A DNA stretch of 64,000 nt, taken from an uncultured Nitrospiraceae bacterium. Lineage in GTDB: Bacteria > Nitrospirota > Nitrospiria > Nitrospirales > Nitrospiraceae. The stretch is taken from assembly GCA_963846575.1 (NCBI GenBank), contig CAWJWJ010000001.1:1152001-1216000 (forward strand), read 5' to 3'. Position 1 is the first letter of the stretch. Every line of letters begins with the position of its first letter. A model generated the notes under the pieces. It made no database searches, was not told where the DNA came from, and worked only from the letters and a program-made list of their open reading frames with translations. The translations under genes were made by a program, and so were the position numbers. Shown in pieces: positions 18,538-27,936 of the stretch.

Positions 18538-19170
18538 TCATCGGCGCACCTGACGTACCGCATCGGCCAGCGCCTGGGTTTCGGACCGACTGACCGTGAC
18601 ATCAATGTCCAGGTATTGCTTGATGATGGCATTAATCCGGCGAAGGGCTTCGACATTCGTCCGGTACTGATCGAACGCGGTGAGGTCCAGGGTGGAAGTC
18701 GCCTGCGAGTCCGCCGCGACGCGCTGTTCGACGCGTGCAATAAGCTCGGGGAGCTGCTGCACTAGATTGCTCATGTCACCCGAGCCGGCCGAAAAGACCG
18801 GTTGCCCGTTCGGCCCCTTGCGCTCCGGAAGGGAATTCAGACGGATCTGATTCACCACTGCAATGATCTCCGGGCCCAGAAGTGCGGCATCGTCTTCAGT
18901 GATGGCCCCATCCGGAACGCCCGTCAACGTGGGATTGGTCGTCGCCCACTGCAGCGCGAGATTGAGCTTGAGGCGGGTTTGAATGAAGCGATACCACTGG
19001 ACATGTCGGGTGGTGATGTTGCTCACGAGTTCACGGTACTGCTGCATGAGCCTCTGGTGTTCGACATATGCCTGGTCCTTCGCGGCGAGCGCCTGTTTTA
19101 TTTCAGGCGGCGTCGTGCAGGCAGCAAGTAGGGCACACATCACCCAGCTACATAGGCGCGACATTCTCAT
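18538..19170 (-). CDS. Hypothetical helical lipoprotein
   Basis: MRMSRLCSWVMCALLAA-C lipobox; SD GGAGG. Confidence 0.7.
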   Translation of the reverse strand: MRMSRLCSWVMCALLAACTTPPEIKQALAAKDQAYVEHQRLMQQYRELVSNITTRHVQWYRFIQTRLKLNLALQWATTNPTLTGVPDGAITEDDAALLGPEIIAVVNQIRLNSLPERKGPNGQPVFSAGSGDMSNLVQQLPELIARVEQRVAADSQATSTLDLTAFDQYRTNVEALRRINAIIKQYLDIDVTVSRSETQALADAVRQVRR

Positions 19171-19416
19171 CGGGACGCCTCCCCGTACAAAATCCCGGCG
19201 CAAGACCGCAGTTGGAATAGGCAAACTACATACCTCACCGGGATGAATGAATTGTTGGCCGGAGTATGCGTGGATTGCCTGAGCTACAAGGGAAAATCCG
19301 AACATGTCGCAGATTGCTACATTTTAGGACTTTCGAAATTCTGTACTCATTCAGATACGGCTGTATCGAAGCCAATACAGTGGGGAATACCGGGCTGGAG
19401 ATTGCCTGTAGTTGCC

Positions 19417-21225
19417 CTAGGAAGCCGTGAGGGCTTTGCGGAGGGCGGCGACGGTGGACAGATCGATGCCGGCTGATCGCAACTGCTCGTCGGTGGCCTC
19501 CGCAATTCGTTCGAGGCTGCCGAATTCTCTGAGGAGCCGTTTCCGGCGGATCTCGCCAATGCCTGCGATGAGATCCAGTTCTGACGCGAGCAAGGCCTTG
19601 CCTCTCAGCTTCCGATGGTACGTCACCGCAAATCGATGGGCTTCATCCCGAATGCGTTGGACGAGATGAGTCGCGGGCGAGGTGGGTCTGAGGACGATCG
19701 GATTTTTCCGTCCCGGCAGAAAAATACGCTCCTCCTTTTCGCCGCGGGCCTTGGCCAGGCCGATGATCGGAATCTGTTCCTGTCCGACCTGCTTGAGGCC
19801 TTCGAGCGCGGCGCTCAGCTGTCCCAATCCTCCGTCGATGAGAATCAAATCCGGACGAGCGAGGTCCTCAGTCATGCCGTAGCGGCGCATGACGGCCTCC
19901 TGCATGCTCGCAAAATCATTGGCGCCTTCGACTGTCTTGATGCGGAACTTCCGGTAGTCGGATTTCTTGGCCTGACCATCTTCCCACACGACCAGTGAGG
20001 CGACCGATTGGTTGCCCATGATATTCGAGATGTCGAATCCTTCGATGCGATGCGGCGGCTTGTCGAGCCGTAACAGGCGTTTCAATTCCGCCGTGGCCTG
20101 CCGGTCCAATGCTTCATTTCGAAGGTGGTCGGCAATCGCGGCCCCGGCGTTTTCTTCCGCCAGCCGCACCAGCTGATGTTTGGCGCCACGCTCGGGTGAC
20201 ATCAGTCGAACGGTCTCGCCCCGCTTGTCGCTCAGCCACTGCTCGATCAACGGGGCGTCGTCGAGTTCGGTCGGTACCAGGAGTTCCTTCGGTGGCTGTC
20301 CTTCCTTGTTGTAGAACTGTTCGATGGCGGAGCGGACCAGCTCCTCGTCGCTGGCCTCGCCGGATTGGGCCCAGAAGAAATCCTTTCGTCCGATCAGCAG
20401 GCCTCCGCGCACGAACAGCAGTTGGATGTCGGCTGCGGTTCCCTGCCTGGCCAGCCCCACGACATCCTGATCGCAAGCGCTGATCTGGGTGATCCGTTGT
20501 TTCTCCAACGTGCGCTCCACGTTGAACAGCCGGTCCCGGAGCCGGGCTGCCTCTTCGAACTGCTCCAGTTCGGCCGCCCGCTCCATTTCATCCCGCAGGC
20601 TGTCCAGGAGTTCCCGGTCCCGTCCTTCGAGAAACTGGCGGACCTGTTTGACGATGAGATGATAGTCTTCCCGGGACTGATTACCGATGCAGGGCGCCAT
20701 GCATCGTTTGATCTCGAATTCGATGCAGGCGCGGTCTGCCTTGCCGTTGATGTCGATTTCGCACGTGGCCAGCGGAAACACCTTCCGGATGACCTTCAGC
20801 GTTTCGCGCAACGCGCCTGCCGGAGTATAGGGACCGTAATAGAGCGCACCGTCCTTCTGGACGCGCCGCACGATTGAAAGCCGCGGAAAGTCCTCTTTGA
20901 CGGGCAGGCGCAGGTAGGGATACTGCTTGTCGTCCCGGAGGACGATATTGAATCGGGGGCGATGCCGCTTGATGAGGTTGCTTTCGAGGATCAGCGCTTC
21001 CAGCACGGAGCGGGTGACGATGGTTTCCAGGTCGGTAATCTCGCTGACGAGCAGGGAGGTTTTGGGGGATGGATCGCTGCCCTTTTGAAAATAGGAACGC
21101 ACCCGGTCCGCCAGGACGGCGGCCTTTCCGACGTACAGGATCTCTTTCTTCCCGTTCTTAAAGAGATAACAGCCGGGTTGTTCGGGCAGGTGCGCGAGTT
21201 TGGACTGCAGGAGCTCGGTTGTCAT
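19417..21225 (-). CDS. uvrC: Excinuclease ABC subunit C
   Basis: GIY-YIG (PGCYLF...YVGKA), UVR domain, IEGFDIS, LIDGG.GQ, RDEAHRFA, HhH. Confidence 0.97.
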   Translation of the reverse strand: MTTELLQSKLAHLPEQPGCYLFKNGKKEILYVGKAAVLADRVRSYFQKGSDPSPKTSLLVSEITDLETIVTRSVLEALILESNLIKRHRPRFNIVLRDDKQYPYLRLPVKEDFPRLSIVRRVQKDGALYYGPYTPAGALRETLKVIRKVFPLATCEIDINGKADRACIEFEIKRCMAPCIGNQSREDYHLIVKQVRQFLEGRDRELLDSLRDEMERAAELEQFEEAARLRDRLFNVERTLEKQRITQISACDQDVVGLARQGTAADIQLLFVRGGLLIGRKDFFWAQSGEASDEELVRSAIEQFYNKEGQPPKELLVPTELDDAPLIEQWLSDKRGETVRLMSPERGAKHQLVRLAEENAGAAIADHLRNEALDRQATAELKRLLRLDKPPHRIEGFDISNIMGNQSVASLVVWEDGQAKKSDYRKFRIKTVEGANDFASMQEAVMRRYGMTEDLARPDLILIDGGLGQLSAALEGLKQVGQEQIPIIGLAKARGEKEERIFLPGRKNPIVLRPTSPATHLVQRIRDEAHRFAVTYHRKLRGKALLASELDLIAGIGEIRRKRLLREFGSLERIAEATDEQLRSAGIDLSTVAALRKALTAS

Positions 21226-21395
21226 AGGTGAACCATCCTCCCGCAGAATACCAAGAAACCGGCATGCTGAAACAGTCTGTCAGGGTGGCTGCTGCCCTGC
21301 CGAAATCCGGCTCTGCCTCTGGAGCAGGGTCCGCGCCCTGCGGTCGTCCGTGACACCGCTGTGTTCAGCGGCGCGATCGATGGCGGCGGGCCTGC

Positions 21396-22265
21396 TTAAC
21401 GCAGCGTGCGCACAAAGGAGGGGCTGAGGGCGCCTCGGGCAACTTCCGCCACTGGTCCTTTCATGGTCAGGTGGAAATCCCCGGCGACGTCGATGTTGAG
21501 CGTTCCGCCCGGCATCCTGACCGTGACGGGGCTCTTGACCAGGCCTAACCGGACCGCGGCGCTGGCCGCGGCGCAGGAGGAGGAACCGGAGGCTTGCGTT
21601 TCTCCGGCCCCCCGCTCCCAGATGAGAATACAGATCTCCTTGGGGCCGGTCGGCACCGCGAGCTGGACATTGGTGCGTTTTGGAAATGCCGGGTGGTTCT
21701 CCAGCACAGGGCCGAGCGCCAGAAGGTCCTCCCTGGTCCAGGCATCTCCGGCCTTCTTGAAGACCACGCAATGGGGATTGCCGACGCTGACCCCGGTGAA
21801 TTCGAGCGGTCTCCCTGCCGCCTCGATGGGGACTTGGATCAATTCGTTGCCGGAAATGGTGCAGGGAAGGGCTGCGGGGACGAACGACGCCTGACCCATT
21901 TCGACGGTGGCGGCGGCGGCGTCACCGTGACGGTCGAGATGGAGGGTGATGGAGACCTGGCCGCCCTTCGTTTCGACGGTAAACTGTGTTCTCTTGGTCT
22001 TCCCCGTTGCATGCAGGTAACGGGAGAAAATCCGCAATCCATTGCCGGACTTTTCGGCCTCACTCCCATCGGGGTTGAAGATCCGCAGGCCGAAGTCGGC
22101 TTTCTTCGAGGGGACGAGTGCCAGGATGCCGTCACTGCCCAGACCCCAGTGACGATCGCAAATGCCACGAATTTTTCCGGGGGTGAGCTTAAAGGTCAGC
22201 TCTGCGGGGTCCATGACAAGGTAGTCATTGCCGAGTCCGTGGCCGCGAAAAAACCCGTTCTTCAT
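21396..22265 (-). CDS. dapF: Diaminopimelate epimerase-family protein (both catalytic Cys replaced by Ser)
   Basis: HGLGNDY, GLGSDG, NPDGSEAEKSGNG, VGNPHCV, FPKRTNV, WERGAGETQASGS. Confidence 0.8.
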   Translation of the reverse strand: MKNGFFRGHGLGNDYLVMDPAELTFKLTPGKIRGICDRHWGLGSDGILALVPSKKADFGLRIFNPDGSEAEKSGNGLRIFSRYLHATGKTKRTQFTVETKGGQVSITLHLDRHGDAAAATVEMGQASFVPAALPCTISGNELIQVPIEAAGRPLEFTGVSVGNPHCVVFKKAGDAWTREDLLALGPVLENHPAFPKRTNVQLAVPTGPKEICILIWERGAGETQASGSSSCAAASAAVRLGLVKSPVTVRMPGGTLNIDVAGDFHLTMKGPVAEVARGALSPSFVRTLR

Positions 22266-22375
22266 GCCTGGTCTCCTTGAGCGAATCGTGAAAGGTTGTT
22301 GGCCGTGCGTGCGAAGCAGCACAAGGTACAGCGGCGCTTCCTGTATCGTCAATGGGGAGCGGGAGGGGACAGGGC

Positions 22376-22774
22376 TTAGACGAGCGCTGTGCCGGGCGGG
22401 CGTTCGATGAGCTCCACCTCATAGCCGTCCGGTGCGTCGATGAAGATGAAGCGGCTGCCCGATGACGACCGCGTGGGGCCGTCGGTGATGGGGACACCTT
22501 TGGCCTTGAGGGCGTCGACCGTGTGGTCCAGGTTCTCGACCTCGAAGGCAAGATGCACCAGATCTTCCTGTACGGTGACCGGTCCACTGGCGGGAAAACT
22601 GCACAGTTCGATCAGTTCTTCGCTGTTGGGTACCTTGAGGAATGCCAGATGCGAACCGCGTGGTGACACTTTCCGCTCCATGACTTCCAGCCCCAATACA
22701 TCCTGATAGAACCGGATGGTCTGCTCCATATCGCTGACCCGCATGCGGGTGTGGAGGAGTTTGCGAACTTTCAT
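22376..22774 (-). CDS. gloA: Lactoylglutathione lyase / VOC family protein
   Basis: LLHTRMRV, FYQDVLG, IEL, HLAF, DAPDGYEVELIE. Confidence 0.8.
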   Translation of the reverse strand: MKVRKLLHTRMRVSDMEQTIRFYQDVLGLEVMERKVSPRGSHLAFLKVPNSEELIELCSFPASGPVTVQEDLVHLAFEVENLDHTVDALKAKGVPITDGPTRSSSGSRFIFIDAPDGYEVELIERPPGTALV

Positions 22775-22967
22775 GGTCGTTCCCCTTGTCGGATGCTGAG
22801 AATATCGTAGGCTGCGTGCTCAGTCGATCGAACCCCTCAAGGTCACTGCCCGGCACGTTGGGGGTATCCGCCGCTTGTTTCCCCGATCGGGAATGGCGTG
22901 AGCACTCTGTATACTGGTTCGTAGGTCGCCATCCCAGTCAACGGGTGCAGGCGTTCGATCAATTCAC

Positions 22968-23456
22968 TCACTCTTTTGCCGGCCCGGCCGTCTTACGGAG
23001 CAGAATCTCGGCATACCCCGGAATCAGAAAATTCGGCATGGGACCGATTTCCTTGTAGCCCTGCTTGCGGTAGAAGGCGCGTGCGCCGTCGTTGAAGTCC
23101 GAGACGCAGGCGAACAGGTTTTTAGCCTCTGCAAAGGTGAGCGATTCGATATAGGCGAGCAGCCGTTTCCCGTGCCCCTGGCCCGTGACAGCAGGGGCGA
23201 TCCCGAGTAATTCCAGATAGTCGCCGAACAGGAACTTTTTTCGCACGATCGCGATTCCTGCCGCCGCTCCCTCGACCTCCAGGACGAACGTGTCCCTCCC
23301 TTGCGGCATCGGTGCGAAAATCCTGTCCCAATCGCTGGCAGTGAACCCGAGCCGTTTCCAGGGGTCGGAGTCGGCCAGGATCCGGATCACGGCATCCCGA
23401 TCCTCCGGCCGCATGGGGCGGATTATGGCGTGACCGGGGCTGTGGTTTGGTTGCAT
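22968..23456 (-). CDS. GNAT acetyltransferase
   Basis: GQGHGKRLL acetyl-CoA motif; N..ARAFYRKQGY. Confidence 0.85.
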   Translation of the reverse strand: MQPNHSPGHAIIRPMRPEDRDAVIRILADSDPWKRLGFTASDWDRIFAPMPQGRDTFVLEVEGAAAGIAIVRKKFLFGDYLELLGIAPAVTGQGHGKRLLAYIESLTFAEAKNLFACVSDFNDGARAFYRKQGYKEIGPMPNFLIPGYAEILLRKTAGPAKE

Positions 23457-24145
23457 CGCAAGAGGTCCGACACGGTCATGGGGGTCAGGCCCTTTCCGGG
23501 GAGAAGGGATGAGGTCAGGGCCTCGGTCACTTCCCGAGTGTATTTCCCTTTGCCGTTGGCGTGCAAGACGATCACACTCCCCGGCTTCATTCGCTTTTGT
23601 ACACGGGTGAGGATCGCTTCGGCGCTGATTGCCGGGTCGGGATCTCCGGATTCAATATTCCACAAGATGAACCGCAGGCCCAGGTCCTTCACCGCTTCCA
23701 CCGTCTCGTCATTATATTCGCCATAGGGCGGCCGGAACAGGGTCGTCGAGCGGCCGTATGTCGCCTTGAGGGCTCGTACCGGTCCCATGATTTCCCGCCG
23801 TTGTTCTTCCATCTCGTGCATCGGCAGATGGGCATGGACCTCACCATGGGTCCCCACCTCGAAAAAGGGAACCGCCAGCAATGCTTTCACGTCGGCGTCA
23901 TGTTTGGCCATCCACCGGCCGGACATGAAAAATGTGGCCGGAATCTTATGCTCCACGAGGAAATCGATCAGTTCGCGGTCGAATCCGGAGGCCGTGCGCA
24001 CGGGACAGAGATCGTAGGTCAACGCCACCGCCGGACAGGAGGATGGACCGGCCTTGATCACCTGTCCCTCCGCAGGGTGGCCGGACGCCATCAGCGCTAA
24101 TGCGCAGATCGCCGACAGACCAACTCGCCGCTCTCGTTTTCTCAT
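23423..24145 (-). CDS. Exported polysaccharide deacetylase (CE4)
   Basis: Signal peptide; VALTYD, ATFFM, GTHGEVH, FRPPYG, IVLH. Confidence 0.85.
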   Translation of the reverse strand: MRKRERRVGLSAICALALMASGHPAEGQVIKAGPSSCPAVALTYDLCPVRTASGFDRELIDFLVEHKIPATFFMSGRWMAKHDADVKALLAVPFFEVGTHGEVHAHLPMHEMEEQRREIMGPVRALKATYGRSTTLFRPPYGEYNDETVEAVKDLGLRFILWNIESGDPDPAISAEAILTRVQKRMKPGSVIVLHANGKGKYTREVTEALTSSLLPGKGLTPMTVSDLLRCNQTTAPVTP

Positions 24146-24218
24146 GGACAGGAGTATACCCGATGACAGGAAGCGGCGATAGTTGACGGTTTGTCGGGGT
24201 GGCTGCTACGGTAAAACC

Positions 24219-25391
24219 ATGCAGGGACCAGAGTGGAAAATCGGCCGAGTGTTCGGCATCCCGATTCATATTCACGCCTCGTGGCTCTTCGTGTTTTTCT
24301 TCGTCACCTGGTCGCTCGCCACGGGCTACCTGCCTGACATGCTGCCGGGGCTTTCGCAGCCGCGGTATTGGGGAATGGGCGGTGTGGCGGCGCTGCTCCT
24401 GTTCACCTCGGTGCTGCTGCACGAGCTGGGCCATTCCCTGGTCGCCCTTCGGTATCGTATTCCCATCGCTCAGATCACCCTCTTCATCTTCGGCGGTGTG
24501 GCACAGATGCGGAAGGAGCCGCCGCATCCGCGGGCGGAGTTCTTGATTGCCATTGCGGGCCCGATCGTCAGTTTCCTGCTGGCGGCGTTGTGTATCGGCC
24601 TGGTGGCGCTGCTCGAGTGGATGCCAGCGGGATCTTCCATGCAAGGCCTGATGACCCTCGGGGCGCTGCTCGGATTGGTCAATACGCAGTTGGGCCTCTT
24701 CAACCTGCTGCCGGGGTTTCCGCTGGATGGCGGCCGGGCCCTGCGGGCCGGTCTTTGGGCATGGAACAAGGACTTCTATCGCGCCACAAGCCAGGCAGCC
24801 TTGGTCGGATTGATGTTTGGAATCGGATTCGGTCTGTTCGGCGCCTTCCTGCTGGCCGGTTCACTCACCGGCGTCCTGTCGAGCGCCTTGGCAGGGAGCG
24901 GCGGCTGGATTATCCTGTTGGGCGCGTTTCTCTATTCGGCTGCGCGGGGAAGTCGAAAGCAGGCGGTCATCCGCGCGTCGTTGGCAGCGGTGCCTGTCCG
25001 TGAACTCATGGTCAAGAATGTCGTGGCCCTGTCCCCGGACATCACGCTGGCGGAGGCCGTCAATCAGTATTTCCTTCCCTACGGGTATGGAGGCTTCCCG
25101 GTCGTCGAGGGCGGCAGGCTTCTGGGAATTGTGGCCGTTCGCGACGTGCAGGCCGTGAACAATTCACTCTGGCCGTTTCGCCGCGTGGCCGATGTCATGC
25201 AGACTTCGCAGGATGAGATGGTCGTGTCCCCGGACGTGTCTGCCATAGAGGCGTTGGAAAGAATGATGTCCAGTGGAGCGGAACGGTTGATTGTGGTTCA
25301 AGGAGGGGAATTGCTCGGACTGCTGACGAGAGCCTCGATTGGCAATTTCATCGAGCAGCGTCATCCCTCAGGTATGCAGCGTGGCTCGTGA
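24219..25391 (+). CDS. Site-2 protease (M50) with C-terminal CBS pair
   Basis: HELGH, AGP, FNLLPGFPLDGG; two CBS domains. Confidence 0.92.
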   Translation: MQGPEWKIGRVFGIPIHIHASWLFVFFFVTWSLATGYLPDMLPGLSQPRYWGMGGVAALLLFTSVLLHELGHSLVALRYRIPIAQITLFIFGGVAQMRKEPPHPRAEFLIAIAGPIVSFLLAALCIGLVALLEWMPAGSSMQGLMTLGALLGLVNTQLGLFNLLPGFPLDGGRALRAGLWAWNKDFYRATSQAALVGLMFGIGFGLFGAFLLAGSLTGVLSSALAGSGGWIILLGAFLYSAARGSRKQAVIRASLAAVPVRELMVKNVVALSPDITLAEAVNQYFLPYGYGGFPVVEGGRLLGIVAVRDVQAVNNSLWPFRRVADVMQTSQDEMVVSPDVSAIEALERMMSSGAERLIVVQGGELLGLLTRASIGNFIEQRHPSGMQRGS

Positions 25392-25473
25392 GATCCAGGG
25401 GACGTTCATCGGATCGGACCGGCCGGGTGTACCGACATAAGGCGTCAGTGGAACAGGCCCTGGAGGGAGAGGC

Positions 25474-26325
25474 CTAGTCTCGTCGAACTTCTTCCGTGGA
25501 TGGCGAGGAAGGACCTCTGCCCTGACATTCGTGGGTCACGACCGCGCCCAGGAGGACGAGCGCCGAAGAATAATAGACCCAGAGCAGTAACATCACGACC
25601 TCCAGCAGGGATCCATACAGCTGGGTATACACCGCAGCGTCCTCCAGATACGTCACGAACAGAGCTTTCGCGGACACCCACAACAGACTGAACGTCAAGC
25701 CCCCGATGGTGGCCTCCTTCCAGGTGGGGCGCTGGTGCGGAAGGTATCGGTAGAGACAAGTGACGGATGCAAAGGCGAGGAGGAAGGGGAGGGAATAGGA
25801 CAGGAGGAAATCATGGGCGGTAATTGCGACGAGATCCCGTCCCCACAGGCGCGGCGCATAGGCCGTGAGGAGTTCGATGGCCTGGGTGGCGACGAATGAG
25901 ATGAGCGTCAAAAAGCCTAACATCCAGATCAGTGTGACGGCCACGAGCGTCGAAATGAGCGGGTGCCGCTTGGCCGCAGTGCCGAACACGGTGTTCATGG
26001 CATAGTCCAATTCATAGAACACCAGCGTGCTGAACCAGCCGAACGCGAGAAACACCGCCCACCGGACCTCATCCTGCTCCGCGACCCGTCGAATATCCCG
26101 GGCTAACCGTTCTCCCATGCTGGGAAGGAAGCCCTTCAAGAATCCCAACAGAAACTGATAACCGATTACGTCCTGGCTGACGACGAAGCTGATGCCGTAG
26201 AGCAGGAGGAACACCATGGGAAAAAGGGAGAGCAGGGAGTAGAAGGCCAGTGAGGCGGCCAGACTGGGGCAACCCCGTCGGCGAAAGGTGTTGAGGACGT
26301 TCGAGAGGAAAGTCAATCCGATCAT
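25474..26325 (-). CDS. YihY/virulence factor BrkB family membrane protein
   Basis: AASLAFYSLLSLFP; LYRYLP; YGSL...LLWVYYS. Confidence 0.88.
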   Translation of the reverse strand: MIGLTFLSNVLNTFRRRGCPSLAASLAFYSLLSLFPMVFLLLYGISFVVSQDVIGYQFLLGFLKGFLPSMGERLARDIRRVAEQDEVRWAVFLAFGWFSTLVFYELDYAMNTVFGTAAKRHPLISTLVAVTLIWMLGFLTLISFVATQAIELLTAYAPRLWGRDLVAITAHDFLLSYSLPFLLAFASVTCLYRYLPHQRPTWKEATIGGLTFSLLWVSAKALFVTYLEDAAVYTQLYGSLLEVVMLLLWVYYSSALVLLGAVVTHECQGRGPSSPSTEEVRRD

Positions 26326-26460
26326 GCACGGCCTCTGGTGATCAATGCCGACGGTGCGACGACTGTGGCCGAGTGTGGCCGGCCGCCAGATCCGGATTGT
26401 CGATGTGCCTCAGTCGCATGGGTGAGGTAGGCTGTATGGATCCTGCCCGACGCGCAGCCG

Positions 26461-27936
26461 TTATTTCAGCAACGGCGCCGCATGGGTGGCCAGGGACCAC
26501 AGGCCATTGGGGAACAGTCCCAGGAGTACCACGCCGGCGAGGGCGCAGGCGAGGACGAATGACAATGCCGGCGATGTCTCCAGCCGCGAATGGGTCGCAG
26601 GTAGACCTTCCGGCTCCCGCATGTACATGACCATCACAATCCGCAGGTAATAGAAGGCGGATATGGCGGCGAAGATGACGGCGACCACGGCCAACCAGGC
26701 CATCCCGCCGTTCACGGCGGCCATGAAGATATAGAACTTGCCGATGAAGCCGGCCGTCGGAGGGATACCGGCCAGGGACACCAGAAACACGAGCAGCAAA
26801 AACGCCGCCAGGGGCTCGCGTTTTGCCAACCCTGCGTAATCTTCAATATTGTCGCTCTCCTGCCCTTCCTTGCGCAGCAGGCCCACGAGCGCAAATGCAC
26901 CCAGCGTCATGAAGGAATAGACGGCGAGATAGAGCAGCACACTTGCGAGACCGGTCGACCCGGCCCCGCCGCCCTGACGACCCGCCACGACCACTCCGAT
27001 GAGGGCGTATCCGGCATGGGCGATGCTGGAGTAAGCCAACATGCGTTTAATGTTGGTCTGCACGATTGCGACGAGGTTGCCCAGTGCGAGCGTCACCAGG
27101 CAGATGATCGTAAATAACACCGACCAGTCGGCACTTAGTCCTCCCAGACCTTCCACGAACACCCGCAGGAAGGCGCCGAAACTGGCCGCCTTGGACGCGA
27201 CGGCCATGAACGCCGTGACCGAAGTCGGCGCGCCCTGATAGACGTCCGGGGTCCACATATGAAACGGCACGACGGCCAACTTGAAGCCGAATCCGACCGC
27301 CAGAAGTACGAGGGCCAGGGAGAGGATGGGATTGCCCGCCCCCTGGGTGGCGATGGCCTCGGCGATCACGGTCAGGCGTGTACTGCCGGCCAGGCCGAAT
27401 AGCAGCGAAATGCCGTACAGCAGGATCCCGGAGGAGAAGGCCCCGAGCACGAAATACTTGGCCGAAGCTTCCAGCGAGCGCGCCTCGGTCCGTTTCAGTC
27501 CCGCCATGACGTACAGGGAGAGAGACATCAATTCGGTGCCGAGGTAGATGGTCAGCAGGTCGGCGCCGGAGACCATGACCATCATGCCGGCCAAGGTCAG
27601 CAGGATGAAGCCGTAGTATTCCCCGATATTGAGTCGCTCGGCTTTAAGGTAGGCGAGAGAGAGCAGGACCGTGAGTCCGGTCACGATGTACAGCAGCAGT
27701 TTCCAAAACGCCCCATAGGCATCGATGATGACCATGCCGCTGAAGGCAAATTGACGGTCCGTCATGTGAGACGAAGTCAGGCCCAGGCAAACGGCCAGGG
27801 CTCCCAAGGTCAGCCAGGCGAGGATGTCCTTCTTCGAAGCGGCAAGGACGGGCTCTAAGGCCAGGATGAGGCAGGCTGTGAAGATGACCACGAGTTCCGG
27901 AAGAATGGCGAGGAGATCTTGTAAGGGAATCGTCAT
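26461..27936 (-). CDS. nuoN: NADH-quinone oxidoreductase subunit N
   Basis: EASAKYF, FKLAVVPFHMWTPDVYQGAP, KRMLAYSSIAH. Confidence 0.97.
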   Translation of the reverse strand: MTIPLQDLLAILPELVVIFTACLILALEPVLAASKKDILAWLTLGALAVCLGLTSSHMTDRQFAFSGMVIIDAYGAFWKLLLYIVTGLTVLLSLAYLKAERLNIGEYYGFILLTLAGMMVMVSGADLLTIYLGTELMSLSLYVMAGLKRTEARSLEASAKYFVLGAFSSGILLYGISLLFGLAGSTRLTVIAEAIATQGAGNPILSLALVLLAVGFGFKLAVVPFHMWTPDVYQGAPTSVTAFMAVASKAASFGAFLRVFVEGLGGLSADWSVLFTIICLVTLALGNLVAIVQTNIKRMLAYSSIAHAGYALIGVVVAGRQGGGAGSTGLASVLLYLAVYSFMTLGAFALVGLLRKEGQESDNIEDYAGLAKREPLAAFLLLVFLVSLAGIPPTAGFIGKFYIFMAAVNGGMAWLAVVAVIFAAISAFYYLRIVMVMYMREPEGLPATHSRLETSPALSFVLACALAGVVLLGLFPNGLWSLATHAAPLLK

